Shown: positions 38,980 through 49,629 of the stretch, in pieces | Layout of the letters: each line of letters opens with the position of its first letter | Position numbering within the stretch: position 1 is the first letter of the stretch | From: an uncultured Armatimonadetes bacterium | GTDB lineage: Bacteria; Armatimonadota; UBA5829; DTJY01 | Assembly (NCBI GenBank): GCA_963717145.1 | Contig: OY970325.1 | Coordinates: forward strand, 2,560,001-2,624,000 | Direction: 5' to 3' | DNA: 64,000 nt | The notes under the pieces: generated by a model | The model's input: the letters and a program-made list of their open reading frames with translations, nothing else | The model's database searches: none | Told to the model about the DNA's origin: nothing | Made by a program: the position numbers and the translations under genes

Positions 38980-40083
38980 TCAACCATTCCCCAGAACGAT
39001 TGCCGACTTGATGACCTCCCGCGATTCCATCGCACGGAGGGCGTCGGTCGCGTGATCGAGATCGAATGTGCGTGAGATCAGGCCCTCGAACGCATCCGCC
39101 TTCCTTGCCACAAGCGACAGCGCCTGGTGGAGATGACGCGCATGGCTCGTCCAGACGCCCTGCAGGCGGAGGTTCTTGCGCACCAACTCCGAGTAGGCAT
39201 CGAGCGATACGGTGCTCCCAGGCACTGCGAATCCGGCTGAGATGTACGCCCCGCCGGTCCGCAGGAGTGTTATTCCCTCATTCACCGATTCCGGCTTCCC
39301 CGACGTCTCGATGATCACGTCGATGCCGTGCGGGATGGCGGTACGGACGACTTCGAGCCGGTCTTCCAGCGATGTGTCCCGGTAGCTCAGGGTCAGACTC
39401 GCGCCCAGACCGCGCGCCAGTTCGAGGCTCTCGGTCGATCCACCGACGGCGACCACATCCGATGCGCCGACTTCACGGGCGAACGCCGCGGCGAAGAGTC
39501 CAAGCGGACCCGAACCCTGCACGAGCACCGAGTCGCCCGGATGGATGTCGGCAAGCTCGATCGAGTTGGCGGCGGTCGCGCCCGAACACGATGCGCTTGC
39601 GAGGATCGGATAGCTCGGACCCTCGTAGTCATCCAGGTGGAAGATGACCGTGTTCGCCATTAATACCATATGGTCGGCATAGCAGCCAACCAGATGCGGC
39701 GGTTTTGCCGACGAGCGATGGATTCCGTATGCCCAGCGGTTCGGGCAGAGGTTCGGCTCGTGCTTCACCGCGCAGTAATAGCAGTGCCCGCAGGTGACGC
39801 CGCGCTCCCAGATGATCCGGTCGCCGGGTTTGATCTCCCGGCCCATCACAGATCGGAGTCCGTGCGTGCCTATGGCGACCTCGACGACTTCGCCGACTCC
39901 CTCGTGACCCAGGATCATCGGCAGAGGGATGCGCGGATCTTCCCCGTGCCACATGTGGATGTCCGATCCGCAGACTCCCGCCGCGAGCATGCGCACGAGT
40001 ATCTGCCTCGGACCGAGCAGAGGCTTGTCGAAGTCGCGGATCACCAGCGGTTCGTTGAATCGTTCGAGTACGGCGGCTCTCAT
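38980..40083 (-). CDS. zinc-binding alcohol dehydrogenase family protein
   Basis: GVCGSD, LGHEG, CGHCYYC...C, GSGPLG. Confidence 0.9.
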   Translation of the reverse strand: MRAAVLERFNEPLVIRDFDKPLLGPRQILVRMLAAGVCGSDIHMWHGEDPRIPLPMILGHEGVGEVVEVAIGTHGLRSVMGREIKPGDRIIWERGVTCGHCYYCAVKHEPNLCPNRWAYGIHRSSAKPPHLVGCYADHMVLMANTVIFHLDDYEGPSYPILASASCSGATAANSIELADIHPGDSVLVQGSGPLGLFAAAFAREVGASDVVAVGGSTESLELARGLGASLTLSYRDTSLEDRLEVVRTAIPHGIDVIIETSGKPESVNEGITLLRTGGAYISAGFAVPGSTVSLDAYSELVRKNLRLQGVWTSHARHLHQALSLVARKADAFEGLISRTFDLDHATDALRAMESREVIKSAIVLGNG

Positions 40084-40107
40084 GATGATCTCCTCTCAGG
40101 CAGTCAC

Positions 40108-40136
40108 ATGATAGCCGCGCAGTCGATGAGTGTCAA
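40108..40136 (-). promoter_or_regulatory. sigma70-type promoter of the dehydrogenase gene
   Basis: TTGACA-N17-TATCAT on the minus strand. Confidence 0.65.
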
Positions 40137-40157
40137 GGAAATGCGGAACGCGCCATC

Positions 40158-41369
40158 CTATTGGTTGCCCAGGAGCACCCTCTTCGCCGACTTGGGGAGC
40201 TTGTCGTCGATCTGGGCGAACTTGTCGCTCTCGAAGATGCAGGATGAGACCGTGACCTTGTCCGCCTTGCCGCCGAGGTAGACCCCGGGGCCGAATGCGT
40301 CGAACGTGCAGCCGGTGACGATGATGTTCCTCCCGCCGGTGATGTAGACATCGTAGGCCTTCGCGTTCTCGAACGCCTTCTGGAAATGGCAGGCGCTGAA
40401 GATCACGTTCCCGCAGTCGGTGATCTGCACGATGTGATCGCCGTTCGACTGGATGATCGCGCCGTGGACGATCACGCATGCGGTGGGATTCAAGACCTTG
40501 AACGCCGCGGCGTGGTTCAGGTAGCTGCCGTTCGTAACCCTCAGCCGCGCGCCGGACTCCACGACGTAGCCGTAGCCGCAGAAGTCGGTCGAGCAGTTGG
40601 AGAGCCCGCCGTAGGTGTTTCCCCCACCCTCGGTCTTGTCCTCGACGAAGAGGAAGCCGGTCTGCGCGCCGATGACGAAGCAGTTGGCGGCGTGGAACTC
40701 ATCGAGGCGGCCGAGCTTGAAGCCGACGCCTTGCTCGAGGAAATACTTGTTCGTGCAGAAGCACTCGACGTTGCGCATCGTGGGGATGTCATACGCCTTG
40801 GTCAGATAGACGCCCGTGTGTACAACCTCCGGCAGGAAGATGTTCTCCAGATTCACGCGCCCGATGTTCGACTTCCCATCGGCGGCGATGGCATCATAAG
40901 CGCCCCAGATCTTCACGTTGCTCACCGAGATGCCGTTCCCCGCGAGGAGGATCGTCGGCGGGTACTTGACGGGCTTCTCCCAGTTGACGTTGAGGTATTG
41001 AAGGGCGAGTCCGTGGACGCTCGAGAAGTTGCCGCACTTGATCGCGGGGCCGTCGGTGTGCGTGACGACGAGCATCGGCATCACGGTCGCGTCGGAGGGG
41101 AATCCGCCGGAGATGTTGCCGAGGAGATGGACGGACTCGAGGTTGAGCGTGCCGGAGAGCTTGTACGTCCCCATCGGGAATCGGACGGTCCCGCCGAAAC
41201 CCGCGGCCTCGATGGCCTTTCGGATGGCGGCGGTGTCGTCGGCCTTCCCATCGCCGACCGCACCGAACTCCTTGACGCCGACTTCGATGCCCGGCTTTGG
41301 GGCATCGGCCGCCCAGGCGCATGATATTGCGAAAATGACGCACAGAATCAGTAACAGTCTTGCTGGCAT
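40158..41369 (-). CDS. secreted pectate-lyase-superfamily beta-helix protein
   Basis: signal peptide; VKEFGAVGDGKADDTAAIRKAI, VRFPMGTY; beta-helix repeats. Confidence 0.8.
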   Translation of the reverse strand: MPARLLLILCVIFAISCAWAADAPKPGIEVGVKEFGAVGDGKADDTAAIRKAIEAAGFGGTVRFPMGTYKLSGTLNLESVHLLGNISGGFPSDATVMPMLVVTHTDGPAIKCGNFSSVHGLALQYLNVNWEKPVKYPPTILLAGNGISVSNVKIWGAYDAIAADGKSNIGRVNLENIFLPEVVHTGVYLTKAYDIPTMRNVECFCTNKYFLEQGVGFKLGRLDEFHAANCFVIGAQTGFLFVEDKTEGGGNTYGGLSNCSTDFCGYGYVVESGARLRVTNGSYLNHAAAFKVLNPTACVIVHGAIIQSNGDHIVQITDCGNVIFSACHFQKAFENAKAYDVYITGGRNIIVTGCTFDAFGPGVYLGGKADKVTVSSCIFESDKFAQIDDKLPKSAKRVLLGNQ

Positions 41370-41395
41370 TTGTCTCTCCTTAAGATTCGATTCCC

Positions 41396-43760
41396 TTACA
41401 CTTCGCAGGCGAGATGCTCGGCCTTGTCGATCTGTTCCGCCGAGCCCATGACGACCAGTTCGTCGCCCTCGCGGATCTCAAAGTCCGCCTCAGGATTCAG
41501 GAACCCGTCACTTCCACGGCGCTTGACCCCGAGGATGAGGACTCCCGTACTCTGCCGGATGCCGCTGTCCTTGATCGTCGTGCCAATCAGACAGGATTCC
41601 GGCGACACCGTCAGATCACCGATATCCATCTCCCCATGCTCGCTTCTGACCAGAAAGTCGAGAAAGTCCATAGCTCGAGGCTTGAGCGCCGCTGCGGCCA
41701 TGCGGCGGCCTCCAAGGATATACGGAGACATCACGCGGTCCGCGCCGGCCCTCCTCAGCTTGTCCTCGTTCTCTTCGAGTATCGAGCGGGCAACGATGAA
41801 CAGGTCGGGGTTCAGGCCTCGGGCCGTGAGCACGATGAAGACGTTCTCTTCGTCGGATGCGGCAACGGCGATCAGCCCCTTCGCCCGCTCGATTCCCGCG
41901 GCGATGAGCACCCCATCTTCACTCGCCTTGCCCTCGACGTAAGGCACGTTCTGCTCGATGAGCCTCGGCAACTGCACGGGATTCGATTCTACGACGACGT
42001 GCGGCATGCCTCTGTGTCTGAAGTCCTTCACGATCTGCTGGCCCATCCGGCCATACCCGCAGACTATGTAGTGATTCGAGATCTCAGCAATGGTCCTCTC
42101 CATTTTGCGCCTCCTCTGGAGTTCATCCGCCTCTGCGATACGCTCGACAGCATGCACGGCGGCATCGATGAATGGTACGAAAACGATCTCAGCATCCGGG
42201 TAAGCATCACACTCGTCCTGCGAATGTGTGGTCACGGCTATACTTCCCTTGTAGCCATGGTTTCTAAGTGCGTGCATCAGGGCTCGGTTCACGGCGCGAT
42301 CAGGAATCGTGCTTATCACCCATCGCGCGTCGGCAAGCGGAAGGGAGGAGGGAAACTCAAGGTCCTCAGCGTCGCCGAACCATGCGGGCCAACCTCTCTC
42401 GTTCCAGTGCCTGACAGCCTCCGGATCGAAGTCGATTCCGAGCAATGTCCGTCCACGGTCAACCAGCGGTCCGCCAATCGCTGATCCATAGCGTCCAAGG
42501 CCGAACACGACCACGTCAGCGGGACGGCGCAGGCCGTGTTCCTCGACGAATCCCTGCTCATCTGTGGGGATCTTTCGCTGGAAGATATTCAGATAGGGCG
42601 AAAGCTTCTCGAACAGCACCTCCGAATAGAGGATCATGTAGGTCGAAAGGCCGATGGTGATCAGGCCGACCAGGGTTATCAGACCCACTACCTCGGGCCC
42701 GATATGACCGAGCTGCAGTCCCAACGCGGCAAGAATCAGTGAGAACTCGCTGATCTGCGCGATAAGGACACCGGACAGGAACCCCGTCCGCTTCCGATAA
42801 CCCATGAAGCCCATGATGACCATCATGATCAGCGGATTGCCGATCAGCACGAACAGGGAAAGCGGAATGGCAGCCCACATCTGCGTTCCGAGCGCCAACA
42901 GATCGAGGCGTATACCGAGGTCGATGAAGAAGAAGAGAAGCAGGAAATCGCGGAGGCTGACGAGCCTCGCCCCCAGGATCTCACGGTACTCGGTTGATGC
43001 GAGCGACACCCCGGCAAGGAACGCACCGACCTCCCTGCTGAAACCGAGCGCGTCACTGAGACTCGCCAGTCCGACCGCCCATGCGATCGCGAACAAGACT
43101 AGGAGTTCGGCGGACCGAGCGAGCGCGCCGAGAAGCCTCGGCAGCACGAAGATCATCAGCAGACCGAGACCGGCAAACAAGGCAGTCCCACGAGCGATCA
43201 CTATCAAGAGCTTCAGTCCAAGGCCGCCATTGTTCCCACCGAACGCGGTCAAGCCTATCATGATAAGCACGACCACCAGGTCCTGTACGATGAGCAGACC
43301 GATGGCTATGCGCCCGTGCAGGGAATCGGTCTCACGCTTGTCCGACAGCAGCTTGATGATGATGATGGTGCTCGAGAAGGTGAGCGCGATAGCCACGTAG
43401 AGCGCGGGCACAGGCGACAGACCGAGCGCCCGGCCCAGCACATAACCCAGTGCGGTCGTGAAGACCACCTGTTCCAGGCCGGTTGCCAGTGCAACCTTTC
43501 CCATTCTGCGGATCAGCCCCACGTCCAGCCTGAGTCCCACGACAAACAGGAGCAACGCAAGTCCCAGCTCTGCAAGGAGGTGGATCTGCTCGGTCTCCCT
43601 CACCCACCCCAAGACCCGATGGGCCGACCAGGATACCCAGCGCGATGAACCCCGCCAGAAGAGGCTGACGCAGGCGCAGAGCAACAGCTCCCAAAGCTGC
43701 GGCCAGCAGAAGCAGGGCAACGAATTCATTGAAGGGATTGGACAGGAAACCTTCAGACAT
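41396..43760 (-). CDS. CPA2 cation:proton antiporter (Kef-like) with two TrkA-N domains and a TrkA-C domain, frameshift near 43610
   Basis: LRQPLLAGFIALGILVGP (ORF 43332-43760) joins AELGLALLLFVVGL, SSTIIIIKLL, QISEFS; VFGLGRYG and VCGYGRMG RCK motifs. Confidence 0.85.
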
Positions 43761-43907
43761 ATCGGTGACTCATCTCGCGCAAGGCGGTCTCTGCATCGGG
43801 ATTATACCCTGGTGAAGCGCCCACGGTCAAAACGCTGAAGAGGAAAGCGCATCGGTCGCACACCCCTCGCATGCACGAATGCATTGGGAGTGCGAGGAGG
43901 AGTCGCC

Positions 43908-43936
43908 TTGACTGGAAAGAGGCCCGGGCCTATACT
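43908..43936 (+). promoter_or_regulatory. sigma70-type promoter
   Basis: TTGACT-N17-TATACT, 44 nt before ATG 43980. Confidence 0.7.
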
Positions 43937-43979
43937 GATGACTGCTCCCGTTCGAGCGCAGCACACACGGAGGAAACGC

Positions 43980-44843
43980 ATGTACCCGTCCGCACGCGAT
44001 CATATCGTTCTGGCCGGCTGGCCCACCATCAAAGAGGGACTCGACGCGCTCGGCTTCGATGCCGTCGAAATGGAGTTCACGGGCGAGCGCTCGGTCTTCA
44101 CCGTCGACGGCCCGAGAGAGCGGATCACTCTCGATGAGGCGGGGATCAAGCGCTTCAGCAAACAGCTCGATGACTGTGGGATCAGAGTCTCGGCGCTGAT
44201 GATGTCGAACAACTTCGCCAATCCAGACCTGGATTTCGAGGTAAACTGGACCGTCGACGCGATCAAGGCCGCCGATGCGCTCGGAATACCGGCGGTCCGG
44301 ATCGACGCCATGATGCACGGTGAGGAGGAGACGCCGCCCGAGACGAACATCAGGGTCTTCTCGCAAGCCATGCGCCGCGTGCTCGATGCGACATCCGACT
44401 CGAAAGTCGATCTCGGCATCGAGAATCATGGCTACCAGGGCAACCGCCCGGACTTCCTCGAAGCGGTCTTCGCGGCGGTCGGCTCTCCCCGGCTCGGGCT
44501 CACCATCGACACGGGAAACTTCTACTGGTACGGGTGGCCGCTCTCCCGCGTCTACGAGATCATCGAGCAGTTCGCGCCCCACTGCAAGCACACGCATGCC
44601 AAGAATATCAGCTATCCGGTGGAGATGCGCGAGACCCAGCGCGAGGTCGGTCTCGAGTATGGCAAGTACGTTGCGACCATGGCCGAGGGCGATATCGACC
44701 ACAAGCGGGTCGTGGGGATACTCAAGGCCGCGGGGTATGACCGCGACCTCTGCCTCGAGGATGAGTCGCTCGGGAAGTTTGCGCGCGAGGAATGGCAGAA
44801 GGTCCTGAAGGCCGACGCGGCGTACTTCCGGTCGGTGTTGTAG
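43980..44843 (+). CDS. sugar phosphate isomerase/epimerase (xylose-isomerase-like TIM barrel)
   Basis: GFDAVE, GIENHG, TIDTGNF, HTHAK, CLEDE. Confidence 0.85.
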   Translation: MYPSARDHIVLAGWPTIKEGLDALGFDAVEMEFTGERSVFTVDGPRERITLDEAGIKRFSKQLDDCGIRVSALMMSNNFANPDLDFEVNWTVDAIKAADALGIPAVRIDAMMHGEEETPPETNIRVFSQAMRRVLDATSDSKVDLGIENHGYQGNRPDFLEAVFAAVGSPRLGLTIDTGNFYWYGWPLSRVYEIIEQFAPHCKHTHAKNISYPVEMRETQREVGLEYGKYVATMAEGDIDHKRVVGILKAAGYDRDLCLEDESLGKFAREEWQKVLKADAAYFRSVL

Positions 44844-44880
44844 CCAGGAACGAGAGCGAGGCGTGCCGGAGGACGACAAG

Positions 44881-45597
44881 ATGCCAGTTGAGCACACTAT
44901 CGACCAAGCTAAGGAGACCACTCGAAGATATGCGGCCGAACGTTTTCCGAAAGCCTCGGTCGTGCTACTCGCCGGCAGTTGGGCGGGAGGGACCGCTCAT
45001 GCTGATTCCGATCTGGACATTGTGATCATCGACGAAACCGTCGACCGGGTCTTCTTTGAGGGCACGGAGTACGGAGATTGGATTATCGAGGTGTGTGCCG
45101 TCCATCCGTCTCACGCGGAGTCCTTCTTCAGTGATTCGTCCAGGCACCGCAGTGCTCCCATTCCACACCAGGTTTCCGATTCGACGCTCGTTGCAGGTGA
45201 TCCGACGCTTGCAGATCGGGTACGCAAGCTCGCAACTGATGCTCTGACCCGTGGACCGGAACCCATCTCTGATGCAGACCGGCTGGAAGCAAGGTACAAC
45301 CTTACTCTGCTGCGTCAAAACCTTGTGCATTCATCAGCAGATGCCTTGCCCGCACTCGCCGCCTATGCACATGTTCAGCTATCAAGAGCTGCTCTCGACG
45401 CCGCAAGACGTTGGAGGGCAGAGCGCAAGGCTCTCCGCAGCGCGGTGATGGAACTCGATCCGTATCTCGCCAGACATCTTGATGATGCTCTTGCTGATGC
45501 AATCCACGGAGAGCCAACCCACATGATAGAAGCGTGCAGCAGGGTGCTGTGTGTGCTCGGTGGACCTCTGAGAACCTACGAGCGTTTTGCGGCATGA
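44881..45597 (+). CDS. nucleotidyltransferase domain protein
   Basis: LAGSWAGG...SDLDIV pol-beta-type motif. Confidence 0.75.
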   Translation: MPVEHTIDQAKETTRRYAAERFPKASVVLLAGSWAGGTAHADSDLDIVIIDETVDRVFFEGTEYGDWIIEVCAVHPSHAESFFSDSSRHRSAPIPHQVSDSTLVAGDPTLADRVRKLATDALTRGPEPISDADRLEARYNLTLLRQNLVHSSADALPALAAYAHVQLSRAALDAARRWRAERKALRSAVMELDPYLARHLDDALADAIHGEPTHMIEACSRVLCVLGGPLRTYERFAA

Positions 45598-45602
45598 CGG
45601 CG

Positions 45603-47795
45603 TCATCTGCCTTGCAGCGAGGTGATGAGTGTCAAACGCGCATGGTCGGCCGCAACGGGATCGGCCGGCGACTTGAGGACGGATTCAACGGCGCGAGAGA
45701 TGACCGACTTGTCCACCCCGGACGACTCGCAGAGCTTGAGGAACGCGAAATCCTCGAGCCCGCGACGCCATGCCTCCCAGCGCCTGCTTGTGATCACACT
45801 GCCGTTTCCAGGATAGAACAGAGACGGATCGTAGGATGCCTGCGCCTGATGACGGTTCCACGGATCGCCGTAGTGCTGGGTCGCGGTCCAGTACCCGAAT
45901 AGGCCGTCGAGTCCCTCCGAATAGGCATACCAGAAGTCCCAGAGATAGTGGCCATAGGAATCCTGCGCCTTCTCGTTCGATCCCTCGCTGTAGAAGTAGA
46001 ACCCGAGCGGCTTCCCGTTGGACTTTAAGTAAGCAATGCTTTCCTTATTACCCTCCGACCTGAACGCCTTGAAATGCGGCACCCAGTGGTCGGTCACGGC
46101 ATCCGCCGCTTTCACCTCATCGAGGCTCGATCCGATGGTATCGGCGATGATCTTGATCTTCGGGTCCACAGCCTTGATGAGCCGGGCGATGGCGAGGTAG
46201 CGCGCGTCGATGCTCTCGTCCACGGGATTGATGCAGTAGTCATCGTACGAGAGGCCCATGTCTCGGAGCACGCCGGCCATCTCTGTCACGACCTTCTTGA
46301 ACGCGATCCGCCAGCCGGGACTGTCGAACTTGCCGTTGTAGATAGGACGCTCGGCGGCCTTCTCCCAGACGTCCACGGAGATGTACAGCTTGCGTCCCGG
46401 CTTCCACTTGAGGGCAACTTGCTCGCGAAACTTGCTCCAGTCCGTCGGCTCGAGCAGATTGCCCTCATCATCAGCCCTCGGACGAGGCATGTAGCGCAGA
46501 CCCATGATCCAGAACACGGTGATCCCATGGTCGAGCATGGTCTGCATGTACCCATCCAACAGCCCGCGCTCCTCGGCATCGCCGAGAAAGTCCCACGTGA
46601 ACGAGAGGGGTTTCTCCAATGTCTTGGGCGGCGAGATGACCTCGACCGACAGCTTGACCTGGGTATCCTTCTTCGACGCAGTCAGCGGACTGATCGTGAG
46701 CGTTCCTTCATACTTGCCGGCCTTGTCGCCACGGAAGTTGAGCCATATCTGTCTCGTCTCATGTGCCGGGATGGTGATCTGGCCGATCGGGTCGGGCGGC
46801 ACGAGCGCATCGGGATAGGCCCTGCCATCAGCGGTACGAACGAACGTCGGGAGCAGGATCTCCACCGCGCCCTCGGGCATTCCATCGAGCAGTATACGCG
46901 CCGAAAGCGTCTCATCGGTGAGGTTCGATACCATCAGCGCCCTCGATTCAGTCTGCCCGACGAGAACCAGCGCATCGAGTCGCTCCACCTGCTTATCGAC
47001 CGACGACGTATCCATCCGCGCCTGATAATGCTTCCAGGGCGAGGTCTCCCAGACGAGGCAGTCCGCGTCGCCCCCGAGGCGAGTCTGAGCGGTGACCGCG
47101 ACTTCCGCGTCCCTGCGCGCTTTGTCCGCGGGGCTGCCGAAGACGATCTCCCCGAAAGCGCCCGGTGCATCGAAACTGCCCATCGTCGCGTTCCAGCACG
47201 ATAACTCGTTCGACGGCTGCTCCTCACGACAGAAGTTCCCGAGCCAGTGATCGCCGGGCTTCGGGCGATCGGCTCCGAGTTCGCTGAACGGAATGCGGAT
47301 CTCGAGGGTCCATCCCGTCTTTGTGGTCTGCGCCTTCGCGTCCCACTTGGGGTTGAAGCCATAGGAATCGCTCCCCAGACCATCGTATTTCGTCCCGATG
47401 GTGTTGGCGAGGAACTGGTGGTAACTCGCGGCGTCGGCTTTGGGATCGAGGAAGATATCAGCAGCGTCGTCGTCCCATACGTTCGAATCGTGCCCGGTCA
47501 CTGCGGCTTTGAGGGCCGGCATATCGCTCTCACGGCACTTGTAGGCGATGTAGAGCGCGGACTGGTCGTAGAGCAGCAGCACCTCGGTCTGGTTGCGGAT
47601 CTCGCGCGCCTTCATCTGGTGCTCGAACGAGGGAATTCGTGCGGCGGTCCGCCAGGCGGCGTCGGTGAGACGGCCGTCTATCCGAATCGAGACCGCGGTG
47701 AGTGGGACAAACACGACCTTGGTCGGGGCGCTGTGGACGATGGTGGCAAGGGAAAGCATCAGGGCGAGGGAGGCGATCAGCAGGGATCTGCGCAT
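45603..47795 (-). CDS. secreted CBM9/DOMON-like + DUF4091-like glycoside hydrolase domain protein
   Basis: IDGRLTDAAW, LLYDQSALYIAYKC, WTLEIRIPFSEL; DES, SRRWEAWRRGLEDF. Confidence 0.72.
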   Translation of the reverse strand: MRRSLLIASLALMLSLATIVHSAPTKVVFVPLTAVSIRIDGRLTDAAWRTAARIPSFEHQMKAREIRNQTEVLLLYDQSALYIAYKCRESDMPALKAAVTGHDSNVWDDDAADIFLDPKADAASYHQFLANTIGTKYDGLGSDSYGFNPKWDAKAQTTKTGWTLEIRIPFSELGADRPKPGDHWLGNFCREEQPSNELSCWNATMGSFDAPGAFGEIVFGSPADKARRDAEVAVTAQTRLGGDADCLVWETSPWKHYQARMDTSSVDKQVERLDALVLVGQTESRALMVSNLTDETLSARILLDGMPEGAVEILLPTFVRTADGRAYPDALVPPDPIGQITIPAHETRQIWLNFRGDKAGKYEGTLTISPLTASKKDTQVKLSVEVISPPKTLEKPLSFTWDFLGDAEERGLLDGYMQTMLDHGITVFWIMGLRYMPRPRADDEGNLLEPTDWSKFREQVALKWKPGRKLYISVDVWEKAAERPIYNGKFDSPGWRIAFKKVVTEMAGVLRDMGLSYDDYCINPVDESIDARYLAIARLIKAVDPKIKIIADTIGSSLDEVKAADAVTDHWVPHFKAFRSEGNKESIAYLKSNGKPLGFYFYSEGSNEKAQDSYGHYLWDFWYAYSEGLDGLFGYWTATQHYGDPWNRHQAQASYDPSLFYPGNGSVITSRRWEAWRRGLEDFAFLKLCESSGVDKSVISRAVESVLKSPADPVAADHARLTLITSLQGR

Positions 47796-47802
47796 GTTGG
47801 GG

Positions 47803-48018
47803 CTACTCACGATAGCGGGCCATGAAGCCCAGGAAGGAGATGAGGACCACCAATATCGACGCGCCGACGACCGCGCGGACCCACACGGGGTGGTCCAGGT
47901 TCCCAATCCGGTCCACCACCAGTGCAGCACCGCCGACCAGTATGCCAATGAACAGAAGCACAACCCATCCGGCGCTCGGTGAACCATCGCGTTTCATCGT
48001 CAGCCTCGATCTAACCAT
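47803..48018 (-). CDS. small two-helix membrane protein
   Basis: two hydrophobic segments; operon position. Confidence 0.55.
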   Translation of the reverse strand: MVRSRLTMKRDGSPSAGWVVLLFIGILVGGAALVVDRIGNLDHPVWVRAVVGASILVVLISFLGFMARYRE

Positions 48019-48069
48019 CGCTCGTTCGTCGTCCTCACTTGCCTTGGGAAACAGGATACCACAGACCGC

Positions 48070-49629
48070 TCACCGGTGCAATACAGTGTTTTGATAGACA
48101 GCGATATTTTCCACTCGAAACACTGGAATCATCGCTGAACGCAGATCGGCACTGCTGAGCTGGCCGTAATCGACTGTATATGCTATACCATGTTTGCGCA
48201 GGAAAACAGCACGTTGTTCCGCATCATCCGCCTCGCTGAAGAACGCCATGACTTCCCGAAGCTTGTCCGCAAATCGAGCGGTTTCGCCCCAGTGGCCGCA
48301 GTAGACACGTCTGCCTGTGTATGCGGGCACGAGCGACGAGAACCACGGCTGAGCGAGGATGACATCGTTCTGCGCGGCATGGGTCCGCAGGTATTCCAGT
48401 GCCGCGAGTTCATTCGCCGAGATGAACGGCGCATGAGCGGTCGTGTGCGCCTCGTCCGCGATTATCCGGGCCATGTCCCTCGCCATGAACACGGCATTCG
48501 ACGGCATCAGCAAGATAACCAGGAGTGCCGCCATCCCGATCGATGCCGAGCCCCGCACGTTTGAGGCAATGATGGCCAGCCCGACTCCCGCCAGGATGCT
48601 CAGCGGGATGTGGATGCCCATGATGAGCTTCCGCTGGAACGACACGGGCAGATACGCCGCCCCGATCGAGGCAACAATCCAGCAGATCAGGAGCGCCCAG
48701 TCGGCTTTCTCGGCCCGGAGACGCTTTACCCCAAGCGCCGCCAGTGGGATCAAGAGCCCGAATCCCAACAGGTAGAATACGATCGACGGTGAGAGCGTCG
48801 GCACGTCTGCACGAATGCGAAAGACCGGCTCGTGGAGATATGTGTACACCTGATACGCGGCGGACGGCGCGCCGATCACCGCCGCGATCAACCCGCCAAA
48901 CGCCGGCCGCGGGTTCCTTCGCAGGAGTGAGACACATGCATACAGCACCCACGCGATGCCGAGCGGTATCAGGTCGTAAGTGTGAACGTTGCCAAGGATA
49001 AGCAGCAGCCCGCCTGCCATCAGGGCGTAGCGCATCCGGCCTGTCAGGCCGTGCAGATAGAGCAGGTACAGGCTACCGAGCATCAGAATCAGAGAAAAAC
49101 TGAACAGCGGGCTCAGATAGATGCTCAGGAACGTGAGCGCCTCCGGTTGCCACAGATCGACAGAGCGGTGGAATCCCTCACCTACCGGGACCAGCCATCC
49201 GATCCCCGACGAAAGCCCAGCCACAAGCAGGACCAGTCGCCTGGTCCGGATGTCCGAGATCCAGAGACGGGAGAAAGCATAGATCAGGAGCAACAGCCCG
49301 ACGCCGAACACGACCCGTGCCAGATGGAACACCGCTATCAACGGCAGGTGCGTCACTCCCGCGAACCGTCCGAGCGCATAGAACAGCAGGTTGAAGTTGT
49401 GCCCGAGCTGTGGCTCAGTTGTGAACAGGTTGCGCGCGAAGAATTGACCGTCGGCCGCCTGACGCATCCACGACTGGTACACCAGGGCGTCATCGACGTT
49501 ATACGTCAACCCGATGAAGCTGTACCCCGGCGGCGCCACCGCATACCCGAACAGATACGGTATGCTCGCGAGGAAGACGATCCCCGTCGAGACGAGCAGC
49601 GCCCATTTCCACTCGCGAGCAGCGGTCAT
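48070..49629 (-). CDS. polytopic membrane protein, probable GT-C glycosyltransferase
   Basis: DDALVYQSWMRQ..G luminal motif, many TM helices, PAYTGRRVYCGHWGET C-terminus. Confidence 0.65.
   Translation of the reverse strand: MTAAREWKWALLVSTGIVFLASIPYLFGYAVAPPGYSFIGLTYNVDDALVYQSWMRQAADGQFFARNLFTTEPQLGHNFNLLFYALGRFAGVTHLPLIAVFHLARVVFGVGLLLLIYAFSRLWISDIRTRRLVLLVAGLSSGIGWLVPVGEGFHRSVDLWQPEALTFLSIYLSPLFSFSLILMLGSLYLLYLHGLTGRMRYALMAGGLLLILGNVHTYDLIPLGIAWVLYACVSLLRRNPRPAFGGLIAAVIGAPSAAYQVYTYLHEPVFRIRADVPTLSPSIVFYLLGFGLLIPLAALGVKRLRAEKADWALLICWIVASIGAAYLPVSFQRKLIMGIHIPLSILAGVGLAIIASNVRGSASIGMAALLVILLMPSNAVFMARDMARIIADEAHTTAHAPFISANELAALEYLRTHAAQNDVILAQPWFSSLVPAYTGRRVYCGHWGETARFADKLREVMAFFSEADDAEQRAVFLRKHGIAYTVDYGQLSSADLRSAMIPVFRVENIAVYQNTVLHR

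Noticed and set aside
44881-45597. MNT-HEPN toxin-antitoxin or CBASS-type defence system
   Set aside because: Single nucleotidyltransferase gene with no adjacent HEPN, effector or cap genes
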